NCBI RefSeq assembly: GCF_009834535.1
Contig: NC_045711.1
Location: 20,460,001 to 20,524,000 of the forward strand
Direction of reading: 5' to 3'
Source: Camelus ferus
Taxonomy: Eukaryota
DNA: 64,000 bases
Shown here: in pieces, positions 10,489 through 22,400 of the stretch
Layout of the letters: the number at the start of each line of letters is the position of its first letter
Position numbering within the stretch: the stretch's first letter is position 1
Position numbers and translations under genes: made by a program
The notes under the pieces: generated by a model
What the model was told of the DNA's origin: nothing
Database searches by the model: none
The model's input: only the letters and a program-made list of their open reading frames with translations

Positions 10489-13400
10489 TCACCTCTTGCC
10501 GGCTGCAGTGCAAACGCACAGGGTGACCTCGGGCTCCGGGCTCCCGCCCAGCAGCCTCTCCCCGCCCAGCCGCCCCCACGGGACCTGGCAGCTTTAGCCA
10601 CTTGGGCACCTTGCCCAGACCCCTCCTCGCAGGCTGGGCCATCCGGGGGCCGGGCTCGGGGGGCTCCACAGCCCCTTCCTCAGCAGTCGGCTCTGACTCC
10701 GAGGGCACAGGGTCGGAGGCTGGCGGTGGCGGTGGTGGCGGCGGGGTCCCGGCTGTCCTGGACATGCACCTGAGGGCAAAGGTGCTGGCATAAGATGGTG
10801 GGGACTGCGGCAGTGGGTTCTCCCGACTCCTCTGGGCACTCACCTGGCCACCAGCGCGTCAGCTGCAGACGGGGAGATGGTGTGTTCCAGCAGCCTGGGT
10901 TCCAGGTAGGTGCCTGCAGAAGGCTCAGGCCACTGAGGAGCTGGCCCCACTCACCTCCCTGCGGCTCGGTTCCAGGAGGAGGCATGGCCCGGACAAGTGA
11001 CTGTCCCACCCTGAAGCCCCCAGGGAGTAGGGTACGGGGCTGTCGGGGCCAGAGGTCTCCCTCCCAGACCCAAAGGCCGCTGCTCTGGGGCATCTGACGA
11101 GCTACAACGTGCGGCCCAGGGCTGGCCGGCGGTGGCGGGCAGAGCAAGGGGCCCCACCCACCTGTCGGCTCCTCGGGTCCGAAGTGCACGAGGGCAGCAG
11201 GGAAGAGGTCAGCCTGCGGGGGGCACGGAGGGGGCTCAGGGACCAGGCGGGCACAGCGGGCAGGCGGCAGAGAGGGCTGCACCCGCTCCACGGGTGGCCT
11301 CATGGGCACTGCACCCGCCAGGCCCTGCCCACCGAACAGCCCGAGGCCCAGCTTCGCCTGTCCCTTCTCGGGCACCAACCACTGTGCGATCCAGGCGGTG
11401 GCACTGGACCACAGGGACCTGCCGGGGCCAGCCCCTACTGAACAGGAAGCACTCGTGGTCCGTGTGCTCTGGCATTTTAACTCCCGCTCCTCCTTCCTGC
11501 CTGCTTTCAGGGGTGAACAGTTAATACTCTGAACGCGGGAGCTAGGCCTGGAAGCCCCCAGCCTCAGCAGGAAGCCAAGAGGTCAGAGATCAGAGAAGAT
11601 GCAGGCGCTCACAGAACTCCTCCGCTGCCCCCCCACTCCCTCACCTGCGTTGCCCAAAGAACAGAGAGGGTGGCAGGCAGAGGGGGGCCTCCACAGGGAC
11701 AGGAGCGCCCTGGGGGGACCCTCAACTGGCCCTGGCATGGGGCAGTGGGGGTTCTTGGAGTCCCAGGCCAAGAGATGCCAGCCTGGTCCACCCCCTAGAC
11801 CCAAGAGCCCACATGTGGGTTCCCTGACTCGGCACCAGGTCTTGCCTGGTGAGGAAGAGCCAGGGTCAGCCAGCCTGAAGCTCCCCCCTGCGCTGGGTCC
11901 CCACACCCCTTCTGGGGGCCTGGGAACAGCGCCCCTCCTGAGATCCCACCCGTGGGAGTGGTGGCACCTGTACAGGTGTGGGACAAGGACACATCACACG
12001 ACCCCTGACCCCCTAGAGGCCTCCCAGGCCAGGGGCAGGACTGTGGTGCAGACTCAGGACTGCAGGGAGGACCCCAGAGCCCCCAGGGTCGTAACCTCCC
12101 TCCGATCCTGCCCCTGCACCCGAGGAAGACCGTGGCTGCAAGCCCCGTCCTCTGCAGAAGGGCTGCCGCTGTCCGCTGACTTCGTCCTCTGTGCCCTCAG
12201 CTCCCAGCGCTTGGAGTCAGGCCGGGGCATCAGCAAGAGGAAGCTTCCAAGACCAGTGAATGTTCTGAAGGCCCCACTGTGATGCTCAGGATCCAAGTCT
12301 GGGGCAGGGGCTGCCCTCAGGCCCTGGAGGCACTGCAGCAGGGCAGTGGCTGGGGAGCAGGAAGGGACACAGGGAGGACAAAGGCCCAGATTTCCCCGGG
12401 TGGCCAGCAAGGCCAGACCCTGGCTCAGCCAACCCACCGGGCAATGGGGCCACCCTCATGGTGCCACATCCCCATCTCACAGGACCTCACCCAGACCCAG
12501 CCAGCAGGGCTGTCTCAGGGCCGCAGAGCCTGAAGCCTTGAAGGGCCCCTCTGGGCAGCTCCTCTTGAACCCAGACTCCCTGTTCCCCCTCAGCACCTGC
12601 CAGAAGCCCCCTGCCCGCCAGCTTGCGCCTCAGGGTTCCCGGCAGAAAACAAGGGAGTAAACAGCACAGAAGACCACCATGATTACCAGGAGGGAGGGTC
12701 TACCCCTCTGCTCAGGCTGACGAGGCCGCCACAGGTTGCGGTGGACCGCCAAGGGTGACGCTGGGGCCCTGGGCCAGGCAGTGGGTGAAGCGAGGCCCTT
12801 GAGGCTTGCGGCAGCACCAGCACTAAGGGGGCTCAGGCTTGGGAAGGAGGCTGGACACGGGCGCTGGGGACCTCTGCATCCACAGATGGCGTCCTCCTGT
12901 CCTCGGCCTCACCCTCCGCCTCGCCCAGCAAATGGTTACTCTTCCAATCCAGCGGCCAAGAAGGGCAGCTGGGCTGCCGTCCCCCACACCCACCGTGAGC
13001 TGTCACTTTCTGGAGTGCAGGACTGGACCCTGGGGCAGCCAGCAGCCAGAGAGCAGCCCTGCCAGGGACATGAAAGCGGGCGGCTTCCGCGCCGCGCCTG
13101 CTCACCCGCAGGAGGGAGGAAGGCTTCCTTCCCCGGGCCCTGCCAGCTCTCTGATCACAGGCAGGCAGGGACACCACCCTGCGCGGAGGGCCCCCGGCTC
13201 CAGAGCGAGCTGACGGATGAAAGGAGACGGCTGCTGGTAGCAGGGGGCAGAGTGTCACCAGGAATCAGGCCGAGTGGGCGGGACAGGCAGCGCCCCAGGG
13301 TTCCTAATCGGAGCGGGGCCCGAACGCTGGTCCCCTCCATCCCAAAGCATCTTCCAAATTCAATGTTTATCAACAGGCTGGCCAGCGAGGGAGAGCGAGG

Positions 13401-16400
13401 CGGGCGGACGGGGACAGAGGAAAGAGGCCCAGTGCCTCTGGGGCTCCTGGGCACTGCAGAAGGGGGCTGGGAGGGGAACAGGGGTTGGGGGGCACCTTGC
13501 CCCCGCCGACCTAGACTCCTTTCCTAGGTGGGCTTCCAGCCTCTCTGCTGGTCTGGCCCCACCCCCCATCACGGTGGCTGCCCTGGGGAAGCAGACCCCC
13601 TCGCCCCAACTCAACCTCTGCAGGGCCACCGGTCACTTAACAAAGACCAGCCTCTGTTACTAATTAAAATATCTGAAGAGACTCTGAAGAGGAAACCATT
13701 AGGCCAGAGGGCTGGGGAGGCCCCCCCCCGCTGCTCTCCCGGGGTGAAGGGACAGCACATTCCTTCAGCTCTGGACAGCAGCCCAGCAGGGCACCGGATC
13801 AACGCTCCGCACCCCGGAGCACTCGGGGCCTCCAGCCAGTGGGGAGGGCCGGCTTGGCATTCCCCACAGAGGCTGCGGGTCCGGGAGGAAAGGCGGGGCA
13901 GGGCAGCAGGCCTGGCAGCGTCCCCTCCAGCCTGGAGCCAAACCTGCCCAGCAGCTGGCATACCAGGGCCCTCCTGGGCAGCCGGCCACCTGCAGTGAGG
14001 CCTCTGACCCTTGACCCTTCAGGGGCTCCCCTGGCCGCCTCATGTGCCAGTCCCTTCTCACCCAGACCCCAGAGGCAGTCCTGGCTGTGGGCGCCAGCAG
14101 CCAGCCAGGCAGGCCCATCCTTGCCAGGACAGGAATAGCAAAGAAGGCTGGAAAGCCCCCAAACCACCCCAAAACCGACTTGAGAGGTGCCCTGCTCCCT
14201 GCAGTGCCCCCTCTAAAGGGCCTTCTCCCACTCCTGGGTGGCTGCCCCTCAAGCATCAGCCCCAGCAGCGCCCCAAGCCCAGCAGGCGGCCAGTACCTGA
14301 AACAAGGTCAGCATGTGGTCGTCCAGGATGGTTTTCGGAGGAGCAATGACTACGGACAGACAGGTGGACAGTTGTCTGTGTCAGGAAGCCCCCTGCCCCT
14401 GCCCCCACCCCCAGGGAAGACAGACCTGAGAGTGAGGAGGCCTGGGACCCATGGCCTCAGGGGAGGGGTTTCTGAAGAGCCCCATCAGCCCACAGCACCC
14501 TGCCCAACTGTCTGTGGCAGCAAAAACCCAGCGACAGGCTGGGGAGAGGGCCTGGGGCAGACCCACCTGCGGGGGAACCCTGCCCGCACTGTGCCCCGTG
14601 CAGTCCTGTGGTGTGACCCCTCACCACCCAGACACCCACCTGCGGGAGAGTGGGAGAGAGGGTCTAGGTACGACTCAGGGGGCAGAGAGGCCAACCTCCC
14701 TCCCCGACCCTGGGTCCCCAGCATGGGACCCGCGTGCCCGGTGACGCTGCTTCTTGGGAAAGGCTGCTTTGAGCCTGGGCTGGGAGGGGTGGGGGCTGCT
14801 GAGCAGGAGGGCCCAGAGACACGCTCACACAGGTGGAACGGCAGCTCGGGGTCACCCAGGTGGCTCCTCACGAAGTCCCGCAAGTCCCCCACTGAAGGAG
14901 GAAGCACAGAGTGAGTGGGGACCCCAAATTCAGACCAGCTCCAGGGCCAGGCCCCTCTGCACAGACCCCCATCCCCTACAGGCCCAGCAGTCTGACCCTG
15001 GAGGCATAGACCCTGATGCCCCCTCAGGCTGAATCCAAGCATGTTCCCGCCCGGCGCCCCCAGCAGCCAGGCCAGCGGGACATCCCTCCCTTTGCCCCTC
15101 TCCCTGCCCACCACCAGGGCCTGAGCTCTGCCCCAGGAAGGCCCCCCCAGGGACCTCGAGGGCCTGCCTGCTGCCCCTGCAGTCTTGGGTCCAGGTCACC
15201 AGGTACCCCGCTCAGAACGGTGGCATCGCTGCCGCGCCAGGCCAAGAAACCACTGCTGGGTGTGGGGAGCCGTGGGCCCACCCTCTCTGGGCGCCCCCCT
15301 CCCACCCACGCCCCGGGCAGGCGGGTTCACGGAGGCACAGGCCCACAGTCGCCGCCCAGCCGGCCTGCGCCTGCTGCCTGCCCCACAGAGACAACAGGGA
15401 CCTGAAAGCAGCCAGCCCCGGAGCCCGACGGCCGAGCAGCCACAGTCCCACAGCCCAGAGGGAACGAGCCGGGAGGGGCTCACAGGGTCCCCACCTTCCC
15501 GGGCGCTCACCGGTCTCGCTGGGGCGGAAGCAGCCCTGCAGGATATGGCGGTCAGGAAACAGGACCCTCAGGACCACCTGGGCCGGGACAGGCGGCTTGT
15601 CAGCAGGCCAGCCAGAGCCCGGCTGCACAGGTGGGCCCACCACGAGGGGCCCCCCAACCCACACTGGGCCAGCCACCCCCTCACCTCGGCTGCCCCGGCC
15701 ACGAGCTGCACAGGAAGACAAGCCAAGAACCCATGTTTTTCAACTTAAGGTGGGGCTGACTGTTCTTCAGGAACCGTGAGTGTGCAGCCCTCAGCTGAGG
15801 CAGGGGACCGCGGCCAGCGGCGCTCGGGCAGCGGGAGCCGCAGGAGGCGCTGGAGCCGAGCCACGCGCAGACCCGCCCCCCGCGTACCTTGGGGTAGCGC
15901 TGCAGCTTCTCCTTCATCTGAGCCTCCCTGAAGGCCCTGGTCACCAAGGGGGCTTCTTCCAGGCGCTTCCTGAGGGGAGGGGCGGGGTGAAGGCCCAGGC
16001 CTGTGCGGGCACAGCGGAGGCCCCACACCAGCTGGACTTTGAGAGCCGTTCCAGCACGCAGGGCCAGGTGGGAGCCCCTGCCCGGGCCCCGCCCCTCCCC
16101 AGAGCTGCCAGGGCGTGGGTGTTGGGGACCCAGACTTGGGCAGCAGGGAGCCTCCGGAGGGGCCAAGGCACACCCACCGCTCGCTCTTGAGCTGGGCCAA
16201 GCGTCTCCTGACGTCGTCCACGGTCACCTCGAAGAACTCGTCAGGCAGCTCCGAGGGCCAGGCCTGGAGCAGCACTTCCAGGTCGGGGTGGCACACCACG
16301 GGGTCTCGGTCCACTGGCTGGGCAGGCGGAGGGCTCGGCTGACACAGGTGCCCAGGACGGGCCCAGGCCCTTACTCCACGGGACTGGGGTGCTGATGCAG

Positions 16401-19400
16401 ACCCAGGCTGAGCCCAGGCCACGGCTGGCCCCATCTATGGGCCCAGGGCCAGGGCCAGGTCTCCAGGGTGGGATGTGGGATAACCGAGCCTGCCCGTCCA
16501 GCCACACCAATGCTGAGACCTTCACCCACCAGCAAGGCATGTGGTCCTGGGGTCTCGGCTAGGCTGGGCCAGCAGGTACCTCGTGACACCCTCGTGGCTG
16601 GGGTACTGGGCAGTGGGTGGGCGGCAGCTCGGCAGGGCCAGCCTCCCTTGGCAGCACCTCTGCTCACTTCCTGTCTCTGAGGGAAGCCCCCATGAGCCCC
16701 CGGGGGCTGCCCGCTATCAGGGTCCCCCAAAGCAGGGGACAAACTTGGGGAGTAGCACCCTGGTCAAGGCCACGTCAGGGGCTCCATGGGAGGGGCGGGG
16801 AAGCAACAGCCCCCAAATTAGAGGTTTGGCAGAACCCTGCTAGCCGCTGGCCCCATGGTGAGGCTGACCCACCCCCTCCCTGGGGGAGCAGGCTGGCCCC
16901 ACCCTCTGACCACCCTGGGGACACAGGAAGGGACAGCGTCCCTCCTAATTGGCAGCAACGGGGATGGAAATTACAAGGCAGGCTTGCCAGGCCTGCAGGG
17001 CCTCTGGGGGGCTAATTGCAGCGAGTGTCTCCCGCGCGACCACGGGGAGACCAGGCCTGATCAAGGCGTCCAGCAGGGCTGGCAGTCCTCCCTCCACAAA
17101 ATGTCCATGAGCTTTCTGGGGTGAGGCCATGGTGCCTTCTGCTCACTGCCCCGTCCCGGCCTCGGCAAGGAAATCCCGCCTCCCGCCTCTCGACACCCAG
17201 GGACGGCTCAGCAGGCTTCTCTGACCATCCCTTCCTCAGCCTGGACGCAGCCCCACCTGTTCTAAAGGGCTCCCATGCTGGTCGAGGGCAAAAGCTGCCC
17301 AGCAGTCAGGGGCTCACTCCCTCAGTGCACCTGCCAGGTGTCCCTGGGGCCACTCCCCCAGCCACACCGTCCAGGCCACCAGCTGCGCCACACCTCACGA
17401 TGGAGGGAGGCGGGCTCTCGCCAGGACACCTCTCTGGTCTCAGGGCACTGGGGAAGGGTGGCCTGGAAGGGGTGGCTGAGGCCCGCGCAGCAGGGCCCGA
17501 AGGTGGCTGACAGAGGCCCTTGGGGGCTGCCCCCTCAGAGCCACAATCCTCCTGCAGCCCGCAGGCAGTCCACACCAGAGCTTTTTATAACAAGATGCCA
17601 GGCGCCAGGCTGCCCCCCACAGCCACGGCGCCTGCATTCCAGAGGGGCTGAGTGCTCGCTTGGGCTCCTCGGGGAGGACGAGGGAGGACGCGGGTGTGCC
17701 GAGCAGGGCACTGCCGTGCCCACGAGTGCCAGGCCCCGGGCCCTGGGGCACAAAGCCCACAGGCCAAGGCGCGGGCTCTGGGGCCGCCCTGTCCCCATCC
17801 CACCCCGGCAGTCCCGGGCACACGAGCCCCCTGGAGAACCCAGCACTCAGGTGACATGCGCTCCATGGCACGAAGCTGAGCCTGACCATCCAGACACGGC
17901 CAGTAAAGCCCGTCCCTGAGAGAAGAAGGCCACTCCGGCCTCCTCGTCGTCCCAGTGCTGCAGTGCACAGCCGGTGGTGACCGGGGGGACTGCAGGCCGC
18001 TAGCACTGCCCACAACCCCCAGCCCACGGTCCGCTCCCCGAGGCCCCTTCCAGCACAGGTGACAACAGCCGTTAGCTTCAAGCTGTTCAGGGACCACTGA
18101 CTTCCCATCAGAAAATAAACTGACAAAAATCTCTCTCTGTGTTGGCTCCAACCTCGATCCCACCCCTCCTCCAGGCCGCTGCTCTGCTCCAGAGGAGCCG
18201 GGAGCTGAAGGGGCTGCCTCGAGAAGCAGTCTCACACACTCACCTGCACCGCCCTGCACCCCAGGGGCCTCCCCGCTTCTGGGCAGAGAAGCCGGGGTTC
18301 CGAGCAGCCTCTGCTGCCCACCAGGGCCCAGACCACCCAAGTCCTAGAGCTGCCACCATGTCCGGCCCTGGGCAGGCCCTGTCCCACGAGAACAGATGGC
18401 CATCTGTGGCTGGGCCGGTAGGACGGTCACCCAGCTGTCAAAGGGAGAAGCCACGGGGCTTCACACGCCTCCACGTGGCCTGCGTAACAGAGACGTTTCC
18501 CTGCAGAGAGAAGAGGGGTGGGCCTGCAGCTCCGCGTGGGGGCGAGTGGGGCAGACGCTGTGCCGGGGGAGGCCGAGCCCAGGCCCTGCTCACTTCCGAC
18601 GCCTGGCCAGCCACCTGGCCCCCATTCGCTATTGCCTCACCCGCTTCCCCTGGTCGCGGGCAGTTATCACGCATGGCTCCCATCCTAAGCGGGTTTACAG
18701 AGATGCTTGTCAACGGAGAACAGAGATCTAGGATGACACATCACTAAGAAAGAAACACCCACATGGCGGCAACAGTCATTCACGTCTCTCCTCTCACCAA
18801 CACCACGCCTCGGTGCCCTCACCATGGGGCGTGGGCTCCTGTGTGCTGGCCGAGGCCAGTCCTGGGGCCCAGGACGGGGCTCCAGGAGGAACGTCCCAGC
18901 TGGTGCCCAGGGACGCTTGTGGAGCGGCTGGCCTTCACAGCCCGCATCTCCAGGTCTGCTCTTCCAGAGGTGTCCAGGGAGCCACATGGAGGACGCGCCC
19001 CCACCAAGAACTCGACATCACCAGGCCTGGGACATTCCAGCAAACGCCTGGGTTTCCCTCCTCACTGGCTCAAGGCTGGGCTCCTGAGCGCTGTCCATTC
19101 CAGAGACACAGCTCCAGCTCTGTCTTCCCGCCCAATCCTTTACCCCAGCAAAGTCAGAGGAGTCGTCCCTCCCCCAGTGGCCCAGATGCTGCTGTCAGCG
19201 AGAGAAGGGGCAGAATAGTGAGGATGCAGCCGGAGCCGGGGTCTGAGCCCACGGAGAGGCGTCTAAGTGACCGTGTTCAACGAGGGGGAACAGGCCTGGA
19301 TGCCATCCTGCAGGGAGGAGGGGCTGGTCTGCAGGCTCCGAGCGGGGGGCCACAAGGGACCGGACCCCTCTGGCGAGAAGCCTGGCAGGGGCTCTATCCC

Positions 19401-22400
19401 GCAAGCACACGACCCTGGCAAAGATTCCCAGGTGCCAGCTTCCCGCGAGGGTCTTACAAAGAGGACACCCAGAAAACCAGACAGACTGGGATGGGTCAGA
19501 CTGTCTGCTGGGCTGACACCCGCGAAGGGCCCAGAGGGCTCTTGGGAGGGACAGGGGCACCCTCTGCGGGGGGCGTCCAGAGGCCCAGGGCCGCTGATAG
19601 GTGGGGACCTGGTGACTGATGCCTCAGAGGAGCCCCGCCGCACCAGGAAGACCCTTCAAGGGAGACCGCGGGGAGGGAGCTGTGACGCACTGCCCGCCCT
19701 CTGCCCTACGGAGGTCAGTGTGGCTCCAGGCATGGCCAGGGCCAGGCCCGGGGGGGGACAGCCAGAGGACGTGCTCCAGCGGGGACCCACTTGGGCACAT
19801 GGGGTCCCCTCATGTCAGAAGCGGCCTCCCTGCCGCTGCGGTTTCATCTTCTTGACGGTAATTTTCCAGGACATGATGACACACGGAGAAAAAATGTGAA
19901 AAATATGCGGAGGTGACCTCAACGCCAGATCTTCCAGCTGCCTCGTGAGGGCGCTTGTCTCCCTCCCGCTGGCCCACAGACCTCCCTCTCAGCCCAGACT
20001 CTCCTCTGACAATGGTTTTTGGTAACAGGGAACATAAAGCCTCTTCCCTTGAGGCTTGGAGCTTAAATGAATCACTACTCCAGGGACGCGGGCCAAACCT
20101 CTGTCACTCCCAGAGCCAGCCGCCCTCTGGAAGGAGCGCCGAGCCAGCACGAGGCTGACTGACCGGACAGCCCTGCACCCTGAACCCGAGCGCCTGGCCC
20201 GCCCGCCCGCCCTGGGCTGGTGTCCACCCCCGGGCCCTCCCCTCCTCGAGCAGAAGAAACGAGGGGAGAGCTTTCCGGACCTGGAAAGGCTGGGCCAGGG
20301 TGGCACGCGGGTACCGTCTGAAGCGGGGCTGCTCCCAGGCACCTGGTGTGGCCAGGTGCACATGTCCGGGCACAAGGTCCACAAACCCCCAAAGGACTGA
20401 AGAAGCAGGCGCAGGGCACGGTGGGGGAGGCTCTCCTCACCCGCAAGCCTGGCAGCTGCCCCCAGGGAGCCCAGGGAAGCTGGGCACTCAGGTCCGTGAG
20501 CCGCAGGGGGTGGATGCACACAGTGGACCAAAGGGCCAGGAGCAATCCCAACAGGGAGCCCTGTGCGCTGATCTGGACCGGGTAATGCAAACCAGGGGGT
20601 CCCGGGTGCCCACGCACCCACCGTCCACTATGGCTCGCAGGCTCGACACCCATCTCTCCCCGAGTCATCGTGACTGAGACCCGGCAGGACAGAGACAGCT
20701 GGAGGGGAACCTGCCTGTCACCGGGCTTCAAAAACTGCCTCAAGACTTGGCCGGGACCTTCAAAGCCAAGGACCTGTCTGCCAGCAAACCTCGGCGGGCA
20801 TTCCAGTTGAGGCCAACACTGTTCTTCTCAGGACAGTTGGGCCCTTGGGCCGCCACCGGCGCCTGGGGGGCATCCACCCACAGGGCAGGGCCAGGCCCGC
20901 ACCATGACCTGGGGCCACACATGGGGGACAGCGGGGGTGCTCTTGAAAGGCACGTCACAGACAGGCACCCCAGGCTCTAGCCAGGCTCCTCCCAGCCCTG
21001 TGTTCTAAACCTGCCCGTAAGTAAAGCAGGGAGCAGGAGGCAAGGCTGACACCTGCCTGAGGCGGGGTGCAAAGTGCCGGGCGAGACCCTGGGGCCGCGT
21101 CTCCAGCGGACGAGACCACCCCCTGGAAGGTGAGGGGCAGTCGGGGGAGGGTGACCGCTGTCAGCGCCCGCCCTGCCCAGGGGGTCGGGGCCTTTGATCA
21201 CAGACCCCTGTGCCAGCTGCGTGGGGGGACGCCTGCTGGGATCACACCGGCAGCACAAAGGGCTGCGGGGTGGCCTCCGGGGCCAGCAGGAGGACTTCAA
21301 AGGACAGGCCAGGGGCCGCTGGGCAGCCCAGCCTCTCCCCGCACCCGGCTCTGACGGCCAGTAAAACTACCTTCTAATAATTAACGTTCTGAGATCAAAG
21401 GCGGTAGCCGCCCGGGTCTGTAAACCATCCCGGGCCTCAGCCGAGGACCTGCCTGCATTTTATCCTGTCTCTTCTGACTCTCTATTCAAATCCAAAACCA
21501 CACACAGGCAAAACACTAATGGGGAACTTGGAAACTCTTTTTGATTACCAAAGTGTACCTTTGAAGTTCCCCCAAAAGTTCTGTTTTGTTCCCTTCTCCC
21601 CTCCCCCAGGACTTAAGGGGACACAAAGCAGACACCATGTGGCTGGCCGGGCCCCCGGGTGTGCGGCTGTCAGTGACAGGAGGCGTGAGGCAGGCGGGCG
21701 GGGGACGCTCCACAATCAACCAGCTGCTGGGGCTCCCAGATCAAAGACACGCACTGCTGGCGGCCAGGCGGACTGTCCCCAGGACCCCTCCTTCTTGGAG
21801 CCCCTGGGGTCAGTGCTCGGGGAGGCACTGGGACCCTGCCCCTGGACAGTAACCACGTCCCGGGCCAGCACCAGCCCCCCAGACACCAGCAGGTTCCCAA
21901 GAGACACAGAGACCTGCAGCCTTCAGGGTGGGAGAAAGTGACAGCCAGCCCTGGCACCAGATTTCTGGCCCCCAAACGCTGGGGCCTCCAGAGAGAGCAG
22001 GTCCGGTGGGAGTCAGGCCCCAACCACAAGTGTTCGCTTCTGATGGCTGATCTCAGGGTCCAGGCTGTGAGACAGGGGACTTCATGCTGTTTCTAATGGG
22101 GTCCAAACACCAGCGTAGAAGCTACTGGGTCCCCAGAGGGCCAGAGCACTACCACTGCCACCTCCCCAGGATGCACGCCTGTCAGGGGGACTGCCTGGGT
22201 CCCCCACCCCTCCCCTGTCCATTCAGCAAGAACACACAAAGGGGGGCTCAGGGAACAGGAGTGGTCCCCGCGCCTGCCCCTTGGCAGGGGTCCAGGCTCT
22301 GTCCCACGGCCGAGCCCCCCCCTCAACTAGGCCCTGCAGGCACAGGTGCCCAACCCTCCCCCATCCCCAGGGGTGTGACCTGGAGGCAAGAGTGAGGAGG

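Noticed and set aside
12886-12893. CTCF-like CCACAGATGGCG
   Set aside because: It has several mismatches to the core motif, and such matches are common in GC-rich DNA.
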